From an uncultured Acidobacteriota bacterium (lineage in GTDB: Bacteria > Acidobacteriota > UBA6911 > RPQK01 > JAPXNP01), in the NCBI GenBank assembly GCA_963777605.1, contig CAVZRV010000011.1:128001-192000 (forward strand): a stretch of 64,000 bases of DNA, written 5' to 3'. Below the pieces are notes generated by a model that saw only the letters and a program-made list of their open reading frames with translations, was not told where the DNA came from and made no database searches. Positions 19,536 to 30,408 of this stretch are shown here, in pieces; the first letter of the stretch is position 1, and each line of letters begins with the position of its first letter. The position numbers were made by a program, and so were the translations under genes.

Positions 19536-20703
19536 CTAGAACACCCTGAAAATCGCCAGCTTCAGGTAGGCCGTCTCGGGCATGGCAGGGTTCACCGGGT
19601 GGTCGGGTCCTTGTCCTCTGCGCTCGAGGAGCTGCAGCGTCCTTCCGGACCGTGCCGCGGCATGGCGAATGACCTGGAAGAAAACATCCTCCCGCAAATG
19701 GAATGAGCAAGATGCCGTCACCAGAAATCCCGCCGGGTTGAGGACCTTGAGCGCGAGCTCATTTACTCGCTGGTAAGCCTTGCGGGCTCGTCCCACATCC
19801 TTCTTGCGAGGTGCGAACGAGGGGGGATCGAGAATGACCACGTCGAACCGCGCTCCACCGTCGATCGCACCCTGGAGGTATCGAAAGACGTCGGCCTCCA
19901 CTCCGTCCACCCTCAGCCCGTTCAGCCGGGCGTTTTCCCGGACGGCCGCGATCGCCTCGGAGGAAGAGTCGACCGCTACCACGGAATCGGCTCCGGCCCG
20001 GGCGGCGGCCAGGGCAAATCCTCCCTGGTTGCAAAAACAGTCGAGGACCCGCTGTCCGCTGCAGTAGCCGGCGGCAGCCTTTCGATTCCACTTCTGATCG
20101 AGGAAAAACCCGGTCTTTTGTCCGGCCAGAAGATCGGCGCGGTACCGAATCCCGTTTTCGACGATTTCCGAAGGGGCCGTGTACTTGCCGCAGATAACGC
20201 CCCGCTTCTGAGGCAACCCTTCGAGACGGCGCAAGTCGGAGTCGTTACGTTCCAGAATCGCGGCTGGGTGAAAGCGCTCGTCCAAAACCGTAGTCAAGAC
20301 GTCCACGGCACGGTCCATGGCGCACGACAGCGTCTGAACCACGATAGAATCACCGAATCGATCGACGATCAGCCCTGGAAGCAGGTCGCTCTCCCCATGA
20401 ACCAGTCGGTAGGACGTTTCGCCCGGCAGGAGCCTCTCGCGAAGCCTCGCGGCAGAGCCGATCCTTGCCTCGAAGAAGTCCCGTCCCAGTTCGCTGACAC
20501 CCAACCCCCAGCATCCGGGCAGTAATCAGCGAATGAGGGTGATAAGCAGCGGTCCCAAGTGAGCTTCCGTTGTGGGCGACCACTTCCACCAGGTCACCGG
20601 CTGCAGCTCCTTCCGGGAACTGGGCCACCTCGTTGGAAAATACCCAGAGGTGCCCCTGTCGCAATCGTCGCTCTTCGCGAGGTCTCAATCCGAGTCGCAA
20701 CAT
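19536..20703 (-). CDS. rlmI: RlmI-family 23S rRNA m5C SAM-dependent methyltransferase; +1 frameshift at about 20505-20509
   Basis: PUA-like N-terminus GHLWVFSNEV (ATG 20703) lies in one frame. RLVHGESDLLPGLIVDRF, GQKTGFFLDQ and LDPPSF lie in the next. Removing one G from a G5 run joins them. Confidence 0.8.
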
Positions 20704-20913
20704 AGCTTCGTCTGTCAGATTAGCACCCCCGCCCATTCGACGACCAGCCGATGCTCGTGGCGACAGCCGCCGGGCTGATCTCCTCTGACCGGTGGAGTCA
20801 ACGGGCCGCGGTAGCCGCCGCCGCCCTGCATCAGCCGATCCGGTGCGAAGCGGTCTAAAACCGTTTAACTGAAACAGCTTCTTGGATATCCTATGGTTCC
20901 AATGTTTGAGTAC

Positions 20914-21504
20914 ATGAGGAATCAACGACAGAACCAGCGAAGCACTTCCCCAATTCTCGTAGCCGGCCTCCTGGCCCTTACATTCGGCTCCTGGCTGCGA
21001 GCAGAGGATGTCACCGTCACCGGGAGCATCGAACCGGGCCAGTGCTCCACGTGGGCTTGGGCCGACCAGGAAAAGGTTCCCATCTTCGATCCACTCGCAT
21101 CTCCCGACTCTGAAGCCAGCCGTCAACAGATTCGAGAGTTGGACGGGCTGATTCGCTCTACGGTCGAGGGCTTGATCCGAAAGAGGGGTTGGCAGAAAGC
21201 CTCACCCGCAGCCTGCCAGGTGAGTTACTCGTTGATCCAGGACCTCGACCTTGACGTCGCCCGATATGAGACTGGCGGCATGGTTCCAGGAAATATCGTC
21301 GACTCCGGCGGCAGGCTGGATGTTGCCGGCACCGATTCCTACATGAGAAAGAAAGGAACCTTCACCCTGGACATTTCGACTGGGGACCCCGCCGTAAGAA
21401 TCTGGAGAGGCACCCTTGCCGACTCGCTTGGACACGGGAAAGAGGTCTCGAAGAATTCCCTGAAGCTCGTAAAGGAAGTGACAAAATCGGTACCGAAACG
21501 GTGA
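20914..21504 (+). CDS. Exported DUF4136-like protein
   Basis: Signal-like N-terminus; GTFTLDI...IWRG pattern. Confidence 0.55.
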   Translation: MRNQRQNQRSTSPILVAGLLALTFGSWLRAEDVTVTGSIEPGQCSTWAWADQEKVPIFDPLASPDSEASRQQIRELDGLIRSTVEGLIRKRGWQKASPAACQVSYSLIQDLDLDVARYETGGMVPGNIVDSGGRLDVAGTDSYMRKKGTFTLDISTGDPAVRIWRGTLADSLGHGKEVSKNSLKLVKEVTKSVPKR

Positions 21505-21725
21505 GGTCGCAATTGTTGAGCGCCGGGCCGCGGGATTTTTGGAGTTTGAGATCATTCGGAATCCGGGTGGCTGCTCGGCGTAGTTCACAATTCCTCCCCG
21601 AATCGGAAACTTTTGGCCTCAAACGGCTATCTTTACAAAGGGACTCACTTCATGCCCGGTCTTATCTCGCCTGTGGGACTGCAGCCGGCATCCACGGCGA
21701 AGCTCGAATTCCCTGAAAGTGGTGT

Positions 21726-22718
21726 ATGAGCAAATCGGCTCTGTCCAAGATACTGATTGGCGGAAATCGAAATCCGCGTGAACTCGGCCCGCAGTCGAAA
21801 TCCGCACACGAGGGATCCGCTTCCGAGCACCCGGCGACCCCGGACGGTGGCCGCCATCGCCATGCCTCACTCTACGACGACACCCTCTCCAACCGTTCCG
21901 AGTGGCGCTGGAGTTCGCTGATCTGGGGTTTCGTTGCGCTGATTGTCGTTGCCGGGGTGGTCGCGGTATTCCTGGGCTCTTCCGCAGACCAACAGGTCCT
22001 CGAACTGGCCGAGACCAAGGCAAAGGTCGCCGACGAATCTGAACTGTCCAAAGTGGTCTCGGAGGTCCGCGACCGGGACGCGACAGCCGCAAGCGGGGAA
22101 CCTTCATCCACGCCCGATACAGCGCCGCAGAAGGTTTCAACACACGATCAGACCACTCCTGTGCGGCCGCCGACTCGACCTGCAACGCAACAGGAAATCG
22201 CCGCTCCCCCCGCCGGGGAAGCAGCATCCACGTCGAAGACCCCTGCGGTCCTGACCGGGGAGACGACAAAGCCCCCGTCACCGCAACCGGTCACAACCGC
22301 CCCCGCCAAGGAGAACTTGGCTCCCTCGTCAACTCAGGATCCGACAGCCTCGGCGCCGGCTGCGTCCGCTCAGGAGACGAACCCGACGCAGGCCAAGGCA
22401 AAACCCGGCCAGGTCGTCGAGGAGGAGCAGGCGCCTGCCGAAGAACCCGCCGGACCGCCGCCTGAAAACAAGGCAGCATACGATGCTTTGATTCAAGACT
22501 CCCAAGTGGCGGCCAAGATTGTCGTCGGCGCCTTTCCAACGCTGACCTACCAGACCTGGAGAGTAGTCCAGAAGAACGATCGCGAGGTCTGGATCGACCT
22601 GATCGCAAACTGGACTGACAGCGGTTCAGAAGTCCACTTCATTTGGGCGGTCAGCCGCGATGGTAAGACCGTGAGAGCCTTGAGCGAGGCGGCCCGGAAT
22701 CTCGTGCGGGAAGGCTGA
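21726..22718 (+). CDS. Hypothetical bitopic membrane protein with long Pro/Ala/Thr-rich linker and small C-terminal globular domain
   Basis: Single TM (LIWGFVALIVVAGVVAVFLG); low-complexity linker; about 80-aa folded C-terminus. Confidence 0.65.
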   Translation: MSKSALSKILIGGNRNPRELGPQSKSAHEGSASEHPATPDGGRHRHASLYDDTLSNRSEWRWSSLIWGFVALIVVAGVVAVFLGSSADQQVLELAETKAKVADESELSKVVSEVRDRDATAASGEPSSTPDTAPQKVSTHDQTTPVRPPTRPATQQEIAAPPAGEAASTSKTPAVLTGETTKPPSPQPVTTAPAKENLAPSSTQDPTASAPAASAQETNPTQAKAKPGQVVEEEQAPAEEPAGPPPENKAAYDALIQDSQVAAKIVVGAFPTLTYQTWRVVQKNDREVWIDLIANWTDSGSEVHFIWAVSRDGKTVRALSEAARNLVREG

Positions 22719-22814
22719 CAGTTCTTCCACAACCCATTTTCCGCCTGTTGCATTTCCGGACCCATCGAGATGGCGATCAGCCGTCGAACCCCGTGTTAGA
22801 CTGGTCGTTTACAC

Positions 22815-25685
22815 ATGAGCCCAAGCGAGCGCACTGGGGGGGCCATCGAAATTCTGGGCGCCCGCCAGAACAATCTCAAGAACATCGACGTCGCGCTTCC
22901 GATCAACGCTCTCACCGTGATCACCGGGCTGAGCGGCTCGGGTAAGTCGAGCCTTGCTTTCGACACCCTCTACGCAGAAGGGCAGCGGCGATACGTTGAA
23001 TCGATGTCGGCCTACGCCCGCCAGTTCCTCGAGCGGATCCCCAAGCCGGCGGTCCGGGAGATTCGAGGCATCTGCCCCGCCATTGCGATCCGCCAGAAGA
23101 ACACGACCCGCAACCCCCGCTCTACCGTAGGGACAGTGACCGAGATTTATGATTTCATGCGCCTCCTCTTTGCGCGGGCAGGCCGGGTGCGGTGCCGGGA
23201 ATGCGGGCAGGAAGTCCGAAAAGATGACGTCGACACGGTCGTTGAAGAGCTCCTGTCCCGCTACCAGGGAGAACGCGCCTACCTGACCTTTCCGCTCGCC
23301 GGCAGCGCTCTTGACCTGACCGTTGGGACTCCGGAAAGCCGGATCGAAGCAAAAGACGTGATCGACAACCTGGTCAAACAGGGCTTTCATCGCCTGATTG
23401 CCAAGCCGTTCACGGAGAATCGACCTCTCCAGCTTCCCGCCCAGGCCCCGGCAAACCTTCCGGAACTCCTGAATCTTCACGTTCTCGTTGACCGCCTGGC
23501 AATCGAGTCCGAGGCAAGGGAACGGTTGACTGATTCCCTCGAACTGGGCTTCGCGGAGGGCAAGGGAGTCGCGGAAGTGACCGTGCTCAAGCCGGAGCCG
23601 GGCGGGTCCGGCGAGACGCTTCGATTCAGCGAGCGGTTCGACTGCCAGAAATGCGGCATCACCTACAAGGCGCCCGACCCGAGACTGTTCTCCTTCAACA
23701 ACCCGTACGGGGCCTGCCCCAGTTGCCAGGGATTTGGAAATACCATCACGCTGGATCGGGAACTGGTCATTCCGGATCCCCGCCGCACGCTGCGGGAAGG
23801 CCCGATAGAGCCATTCCTCAAGCCCCGTTACCTGAAGCGACAGCAGAAGCTGCTCGAATGGGCGGAACGGCAGGACATTCCGCTCGACATTCCCTTTGAT
23901 GAACTCCCCGAAACCACTCAGGAGGCAATCTGGAATGGGCGGCAGGGCTTCTCAGGCGTAGTCGGATTCTTCGACCGTCTCAACGAGAAGAAATATAAGA
24001 TGCACGTCCGCATCTTCATCGCCCGCTACCGGGGCTACTCTCGCTGTGCGGAATGCAACGGGGAGCGGCTCCGACAGGAGGCGCGGGACGTCTACGTGGG
24101 CGGACAGCGGATCACCCAGATCACCCGGATGACGGTTTCGGAATTGCGGGAGTTCTTCGGGGACCTCGTGCTGTCCCGTTCCGAGGCCCAGATTGCCGGC
24201 AAGCTCCTCAATGAGATCAGCAAGCGCCTCGACTTCCTCGACCAGGTCGGCCTCGATTACCTGACCCTGGACCGCCTGACGTCAACTCTGAGCGGGGGAG
24301 AGATGCAGCGCATCCACCTGGCGGCCTCGCTGGGATCGTCCCTGGCGGGAGCCTTATATGTCCTGGACGAACCTTCTATCGGGCTTCACCCGAGGGACCA
24401 GGATCGCTTAATTCAGATCCTGAAACGACTCAGGGACCTGGGTAACACGATTGTGGTCGTGGAGCACGAGCGGGACATCATCCAGTCCGCCGATCACCTG
24501 ATCGACATGGGCCCAGGGGCCGGAGAACTCGGGGGTTCGGTCGTCTTCAGCGGTAACCTGGCCGAGGCGGAACGGAGCAGTGAATCGCTGACCGCAAGAT
24601 ACCTGCGCAACGAATGCAGGATTCCGGTCCCCATCTTTCGACGCCAGCCAACAGGCAAGCGGCTGTGGGTTCGAGGAGCCAGCGAAAACAACCTCAAAGA
24701 CCTGGACATCGAAATTCCGCTCGGTCTGTTCGTTTGTGTCTCTGGCGTCTCCGGATCGGGGAAGTCTACCCTGGTCCAGGACGTCCTGTACGCCGGGCTG
24801 AAGAAGCTCAAGAAACAGTGGAACGGGCCAGTGGGCAGTCACCGCCAAATTGACGGTGCCGGTCACATCAGCGACGTGATTCTGGTCGACCAATCACCGA
24901 TCGGAAGAACACCACGGTCCAACCCGGTTACCTACATCAAGGCGTTCGACGACATCCGAAAGACTTTCGCCGGTCTCCGGGACGCCCAGGCCAGGAACCT
25001 GACTCCCGCTCACTTTTCCTTCAACGTCCCCGGGGGGCGCTGTGAGACCTGCCAGGGATCAGGTGTAATTACAGTCGAAATGCAGTTTCTGGCCGACGTC
25101 GACCTGGAGTGCGAGGACTGCGGAGGAACCCGCTACCAGAAACGAGTCCTGGAAGTGACCTACAAAGGCAAGAATATCGACGACGTCCTCAAAATGACGG
25201 TCAGGGAGGCGATCGGGTTCTTTTCCTCTCGTGCGGCGCTGGTCAGAAAACTGAAGGTCCTCCAGGAGGTCGGCCTCGATTACGTCCGACTGGGACAGTC
25301 GGCCACGACGCTGTCCGGCGGAGAGGCCCAGCGTATCAAGATGGCGGCTTATCTCTCCAAGGCCACCAAAGGGCGCCCCCTGTTCATCCTCGACGAGCCG
25401 ACCACCGGGCTTCATTTCGACGACATCGGGAAACTGCTGCGCGCATTCGACCGCCTCCTGAGCGGTGGAGCAACCGTCCTGGTCATCGAACACAACATGG
25501 ACGTCCTGAAAAACGCCGACTGGGTCATCGACCTGGGGCCGGATGGCGGAACCGGAGGGGGGCAATTGGTGATCGCCGGCCCGCCCGAGGTTGTGGCCGC
25601 CCACCCCGACTCACACACGGGCAGGTTTCTGCGAGAGTGCCTGGAGGAGTATCCTGTCGGAAAGACTGCTGGTTCGGCGAGTTGA
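22815..25685 (+). CDS. uvrA: Excinuclease ABC subunit A (possibly a second UvrA paralogue)
   Basis: GARQNNLKNI, GLSGSGKSSLAFDTLYAEGQRRYVES, FSFNNPYGACP, LSGGE (twice), DQSPIGRTPRSNP and DEPTTGLH. Confidence 0.95.
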   Translation: MSPSERTGGAIEILGARQNNLKNIDVALPINALTVITGLSGSGKSSLAFDTLYAEGQRRYVESMSAYARQFLERIPKPAVREIRGICPAIAIRQKNTTRNPRSTVGTVTEIYDFMRLLFARAGRVRCRECGQEVRKDDVDTVVEELLSRYQGERAYLTFPLAGSALDLTVGTPESRIEAKDVIDNLVKQGFHRLIAKPFTENRPLQLPAQAPANLPELLNLHVLVDRLAIESEARERLTDSLELGFAEGKGVAEVTVLKPEPGGSGETLRFSERFDCQKCGITYKAPDPRLFSFNNPYGACPSCQGFGNTITLDRELVIPDPRRTLREGPIEPFLKPRYLKRQQKLLEWAERQDIPLDIPFDELPETTQEAIWNGRQGFSGVVGFFDRLNEKKYKMHVRIFIARYRGYSRCAECNGERLRQEARDVYVGGQRITQITRMTVSELREFFGDLVLSRSEAQIAGKLLNEISKRLDFLDQVGLDYLTLDRLTSTLSGGEMQRIHLAASLGSSLAGALYVLDEPSIGLHPRDQDRLIQILKRLRDLGNTIVVVEHERDIIQSADHLIDMGPGAGELGGSVVFSGNLAEAERSSESLTARYLRNECRIPVPIFRRQPTGKRLWVRGASENNLKDLDIEIPLGLFVCVSGVSGSGKSTLVQDVLYAGLKKLKKQWNGPVGSHRQIDGAGHISDVILVDQSPIGRTPRSNPVTYIKAFDDIRKTFAGLRDAQARNLTPAHFSFNVPGGRCETCQGSGVITVEMQFLADVDLECEDCGGTRYQKRVLEVTYKGKNIDDVLKMTVREAIGFFSSRAALVRKLKVLQEVGLDYVRLGQSATTLSGGEAQRIKMAAYLSKATKGRPLFILDEPTTGLHFDDIGKLLRAFDRLLSGGATVLVIEHNMDVLKNADWVIDLGPDGGTGGGQLVIAGPPEVVAAHPDSHTGRFLRECLEEYPVGKTAGSAS

Positions 25686-25794
25686 CCTCGCCGGCACTGC
25701 TTCAGTTTCCGGTCGGCGGGGAAAGTTGAGACCGACCGGAACTTGACTGACTGAACCGTCCACAATAACCTCGAATTCCAGGAGCAGAATACAA

Positions 25795-27051
25795 ATGACG
25801 AATCCCCCTCGAGTGACGATGATTGGCGGCGGAATGATCACCCGGATCCAGCTTCTTCCTTCCATATTACAGCTGCAAAGAGAAGGGATCGTCGGGGAGA
25901 TTCACATCTGCGACAGTCGCGCCCGACCTCTGATCGAGCTCCAGGAGAGTGAAGTACTCAGGACCGCGTTTCCGGACTGCTCGTTCACTCCCCACCCCGA
26001 TCCCTCCTCCGTGGACCAGGACGAATTCGACCCGGACCGCTTTCGGAAGATCCTGCGGGAAGCCCCGCGCGGATCCCTCGCCGTGATTGCGGTCCCCGAC
26101 CAGTTCCACTACCCGGTGTTGCGGGAAGCAATCGAGAACGACCTGCACGTCTGCATCGTGAAACCCCTGGTTCTCAATTACCAGGAAGCGGAGGAGATCG
26201 CCCGCCTGGCCTACGAGCGAGGACTGGTCGTCGGCGTCGAGTATCACAAGCGCTTTGATCGGAGAAACCTGCTCGCCCGCAAGGCATACCGATCAGGCAG
26301 ACTCGGCAACTTCCGCCTCGGCCAGGCCCAGATGATCGAGCCCTATTACTATCGCGATTCCAATTTCCAGAACTGGTGCACCACCCAAAACACCGACATG
26401 TTCACCTACGTGGGTTGCCACTACGTAGACCTCGTCGCCTTCATTACCGGCCTTCGCCCGGTTTCGGTCAGCGTGTATGGGATCGTTGACCGCTACCCGA
26501 ACGGCAATGAAGGTTTCCTCTGGACCGATGGACGGGTAGTCTGGGAAAACGGTGCCTCGTTGAGTGTAGTCGATGCGATCGGGTACCCGAACGCGGCGGC
26601 GGGTGGAAATGCCCAGGGTCTGACCATGTGGTGCCAGGGAAATAGCGACGCAACGCTTCTCGTCCATTCCGACCAGTTCCGCGGCGTCAAGTGCAGCTAC
26701 AATTCGGCCGGCACGGAACCCGGAGACACGATCTATGCCGAGCCCAATCCTGACTACTACCAACTTCACGATATGGGAACCACAGGCCTGGTGCCGGATG
26801 GGTATGGCCACCAGAGCGTGGCCTACATCGTCGGAGCCTGTGCCCGGGCAAGCCGGCTCAATTCGGTTGAAGAGCGGCAGTCGCATATCCATTCCCTGGA
26901 CGAAGCGGGGATCATGGCAACCCCTAGAAACAGCTCTTACAACGAACTGGTGATCGAAGCCGCCCGAAAAAGCATTCTTTCGGGGGGACGGGAGGTGTCT
27001 ATCGAATACGGGAAGACACCCGGAGTCCGGTTCAGAAGTTACCAGTCCTGA
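25795..27051 (+). CDS. Gfo/Idh/MocA family oxidoreductase
   Basis: Rossmann IGGGMI; AVPDQFH, VKPL, EYHKRFD and YVGCHYVD motifs. Confidence 0.8.
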   Translation: MTNPPRVTMIGGGMITRIQLLPSILQLQREGIVGEIHICDSRARPLIELQESEVLRTAFPDCSFTPHPDPSSVDQDEFDPDRFRKILREAPRGSLAVIAVPDQFHYPVLREAIENDLHVCIVKPLVLNYQEAEEIARLAYERGLVVGVEYHKRFDRRNLLARKAYRSGRLGNFRLGQAQMIEPYYYRDSNFQNWCTTQNTDMFTYVGCHYVDLVAFITGLRPVSVSVYGIVDRYPNGNEGFLWTDGRVVWENGASLSVVDAIGYPNAAAGGNAQGLTMWCQGNSDATLLVHSDQFRGVKCSYNSAGTEPGDTIYAEPNPDYYQLHDMGTTGLVPDGYGHQSVAYIVGACARASRLNSVEERQSHIHSLDEAGIMATPRNSSYNELVIEAARKSILSGGREVSIEYGKTPGVRFRSYQS

Positions 27052-27149
27052 ACGACACAACTGAAGTGATCTCAATCAGGTAGACTATCCCCTTCTCGAA
27101 GAGGACGAGTTGATCAGCTGCGTTCTTTCGAACGCAATGGAAGGCAAAT

Positions 27150-28512
27150 ATGGCGACAAGAGAATTCTCACTGGTTCCACGACAGGTGGAAAGCATCAAC
27201 TCCCGGTATCGGACGATCCGCACCTCGATTCCGGTGCCCGAGTCGGTCGAGATCCTCAAGACCCTGCGCCAGATCGAACCGCGCAGCATGGGCGGGCAGC
27301 CGCCGGTGATTTGGGATCACGGGGACAACTTCATCGTGGGGGATCCCTACGGAAATCGCTGGCTGGATTTCTCCAGCGGAGTGCTGGTTACGGCGAGCGG
27401 ACACGGACGTCGGGAGATCATTGACGCGATTCAGCATATGGCCGGCCGCGGCCTCTATCACGCCTACAGTTTCCCGACCGAGGTTCGCCTCGAGCTGGTC
27501 CGGGAGATCACCGGATTGATTCCGGCTCCGCTCAAGAAGGTCTTCCTGCTCACGACGGGGTCGGAGGCCACCGAGTGCTGCATCAAGCTCGCCCGGACCT
27601 GGGGGCTCCAGCAGGGAGGCGAAAGCAAAAACGTCTTTGTGACCTTCGACTACGCTTTCCACGGACGGACCATGGGCGCACAACTCGCAGGAGGCTCTCC
27701 GGCACTCAAGAAATGGCTGGGCGATGATCCTCGCTTCGTGCAGGTGCCCTACCCGGACGGCTTCCGCCAGAAGGACATCAGTTTTTCCGTTTTCGAGGAG
27801 GCTCTGGAGAGGAAAGGCGTCAATCCGCGCAACGTTTGCGGGGTGATGAGCGAGACGTACCAGGGCTGCAATGCTGCGCTCATGCCGGCTGAATACGCCC
27901 AGGAACTCCGCCGGTGGTGCAATCGTTGGGAGGCCGTGATGATCTTTGACGAAGTCCAGGCCGGCTTCGGGCGGACCGGAAAATCGTTCGGCTTCCAGCA
28001 CCTCGGCATCGTCCCCGACCTGGTCGCCTGCGGCAAGGGAATCTCAGGGGGAATGCCGCTGTCCGCGGTACTCGGCACCGAAGAACTGATGTCCCTTTAC
28101 GGGCCGGGGGAAATGACAAGTACACACTCAGCCAATCCGGTCTGCGCCGCTGCCGCTCTTGCCAACATTCGACTCATCCAACGGGAAAAGCTGACCGAGA
28201 ACGCTGCCAACCTGGCTCCCATGCTCGCGGAAGGCACCGCCCGCATCGCCGAGAAAGCTGGCGGCAAGGTGGGCACCTGGGCAGCAACGGGACTGGTCTC
28301 GGCACTCCAGTTCACGGAACCAGGAACGACCAACACCGGAACCCGACTCGGCCTGGCAACTGGTCAACAAGGCGGTCGAGCGCGGGCTTCTTCTCTTCGC
28401 CCCGGTGGGAGTGGGAGGCTGCGCGGTGAAACTGAACCCACCGCTGACGATTACCGAGGACGCCCTCAAGGAAGGGCTCTCGGTGCTCGAAAAGGCCGCC
28501 GCCGAATTGTGA
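27150..28512 (+). CDS. Class III PLP-dependent aminotransferase; +1 frameshift at about 28332
   Basis: LDFSSG, TGSEATE, FHGRT, FDEVQAGFGRTG and GKGISGG. The canonical C-terminus (AVERGLLLFAPVG...VKLNPPLTITEDALKEGL..L*) lies in the +1 frame and ends at TGA 28510-28512. Confidence 0.85.
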
Positions 28513-28522
28513 CGCTCGAGGA

Positions 28523-29367
28523 TCAGATCGTGAAGTTCCCCTTGAACTTCATTTTGCCGGTCTTGAACTTCACGTCGATGACGTGGGTCGATCGGCGGCA
28601 CCGCCGCCGTAAATATCGACTCCGTGTGAAACAGGATCGATTTCCCGCTCCCGTCGAAGTAAGGCTTGCCGGATGCATCGTAGCGGGGAAACCGGAAAAC
28701 CGGAAATGGGTTCGTCTCCGACGGGGGTGAATACTCCTCTAGGGCGGACCATCACTTTCATCTCTTGAGCAGCCAGATAAGTCTTCTTCGCAAACTCTCG
28801 GCGGTTTCCCGCCGAAAGACGGCATCAAACTCCTGAAGCGAGTTGTGCCCCGGAGGATCCGAAAAGTAGCCCACCTGGAGCGAGATGAAGCGGGACGCTT
28901 CACGTTCCTCCAGCCGAGCCATTTCGGCCAGCTTTGGCCCGTCCAGGCTTCGAAGTCGATCGATAGCCAGCTGGACCGGTTCGGCTGACGTGATGAGGAC
29001 GCGGAAAAAGTCTGCGAAATCCGACTCGCCGACCGAGTAAGTGCCCAGTTCCCCCGTCGAGTCGGATGAACTGCCGAATTCCCCGTTTCCAATGGAGGGA
29101 TTCATCGGCTCGTCCCAAAATTCCCCGCCGAACTTGTTTCGCGGAGATTGGTCACCGGGCTTGAAGGGCCGCTCTGCGAACGTCCCTGCTCGCATGCGGA
29201 CGACCGAAGTCTCATGAACCCAGGGAGACTCCTGAAGGACCTCCAGGCACTGTTGCTCGTTCCACTGAGCGGGATCCGTGGTCTCCCACCACTGGGCCGC
29301 CAACAACAACGACACAAGACCGCTCAATGTGCCCACCACAGCACAGAATCTGGCTCGCCTGTCTCAT
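28523..29367 (-). CDS. Hypothetical exported protein, reconstructed across at least 4 apparent indels
   Basis: GGAGGAG RBS and ATG at 29367. Protein-like segments in successive frames: signal peptide plus WWETTDPAQWNEQQCLEVLQESPW..., KKTYLAAQEM, LEEYSPPSETNPFPVFRFPRYDASGKPYF, and HVIDVKFKTGKMKFKGNFTI*. Confidence 0.5.
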
Positions 29368-29475
29368 GGTGCTCCTCCCGAGTCGTGCTCATTGCGAAGC
29401 GCCGACTGCAGGACGCCGCACCCCAGTTTAGATACTCAATCGTCCTCTGAGCATACGGTTGGCCCGGGAAGGGTA

Positions 29476-30387
29476 TCAGTTCGCGGGCACGAGGACCATG
29501 ACTGAGATTGATGGCCGCCTGAAGTCCGTCCATTGTGGTGGGGCACAATCCCTCGCACTCGGGACAATGGTTGTCTCGGTCTCCAATAGGCCACCTCTGG
29601 TACGGCCCCCAGGAAGGAAGTCGCAGCGTCGGATACTCCGAGCGCGTCCCGATGTCTCGTCGATGTCGATCACGACGGACGAGAACCGCGCATCTTTCGT
29701 TTCGGGCTCGAATCTCGCGTTCAAGCCGGTCAGGAACCGCGACAGCGACTGCTCCGTCTTCATGCCGATGACCGAGTCGTATGACCCCGTCATGCCAACG
29801 TCAGTGACGTACGCGGTCCCTCCCGGCAAGACCCGAACATCAGCAGTCGGGATATGGGTGTGTGTCCCCACGACCGCCGACACCTTGCCGTCAACGAACC
29901 AGCCAAAGGCCATCTTCTCGGAGGTGGCTTCGGCGTGGAAATCAACCAGGATTGCCCGGGGCTGCCCTCCCAGCCGCTCGAGTTCCCCTTCGATCATCCG
30001 AAACGGGCAGTCGGTCAGAGGCATGAATACCCTGCCCTGCAGATTGATCACGGCCACCGGGACACCGGCCCTGCTCTCGCCGATCCAGATGTGGTTTCCC
30101 GGAAGTCCGGGTGGGTAATTGCCCGGCCTCAAGAGCCTCGGCTGCCGCTCGAGCAGCGCACCGACGCCTTTCTGGTCCCAGACATGGTTTCCGGTCGTCA
30201 GGACATCAACGTCCATCCGCAGGAAGTCGTCGGCAATGGAGGCAGTCACTCCGAATCCGCCGGCCGCGTTTTCCGCGTTGACGACGGTGAAATCGATTCC
30301 GTTCTCCTCCTGAATCGCCTTCAGGTTCTCGCGAACCACCCGGCGTCCCCCTCGACCGACGACATCCCCCACAAAGAGCAGCTTCAT
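29476..30387 (-). CDS. ymdB: YmdB/TIGR00282 family metallophosphoesterase
   Basis: LFVGDVVG..GR, NAENAAGG, TGNHVWD, DFHAEATSEK, GTHTHIPTAD and TDVGMTG; downstream of rny. Confidence 0.92.
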   Translation of the reverse strand: MKLLFVGDVVGRGGRRVVRENLKAIQEENGIDFTVVNAENAAGGFGVTASIADDFLRMDVDVLTTGNHVWDQKGVGALLERQPRLLRPGNYPPGLPGNHIWIGESRAGVPVAVINLQGRVFMPLTDCPFRMIEGELERLGGQPRAILVDFHAEATSEKMAFGWFVDGKVSAVVGTHTHIPTADVRVLPGGTAYVTDVGMTGSYDSVIGMKTEQSLSRFLTGLNARFEPETKDARFSSVVIDIDETSGRARSIRRCDFLPGGRTRGGLLETETTIVPSARDCAPPQWTDFRRPSISVMVLVPAN

Positions 30388-30408
30388 TGTTCCAGCACCC
30401 GAATCAAT

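Noticed and set aside
28333-28730. C-terminal extension of the 526-aa ORF 27150..28730
   Set aside because: Out-of-frame tail; the canonical aminotransferase C-terminus ends at 28512 in the +1 frame.
29476-29600. Roughly 40-aa C-terminal extension of YmdB as another frameshift
   Set aside because: Neither alternative frame gives an earlier stop near the expected end, so a natural extension or stop loss cannot be distinguished.
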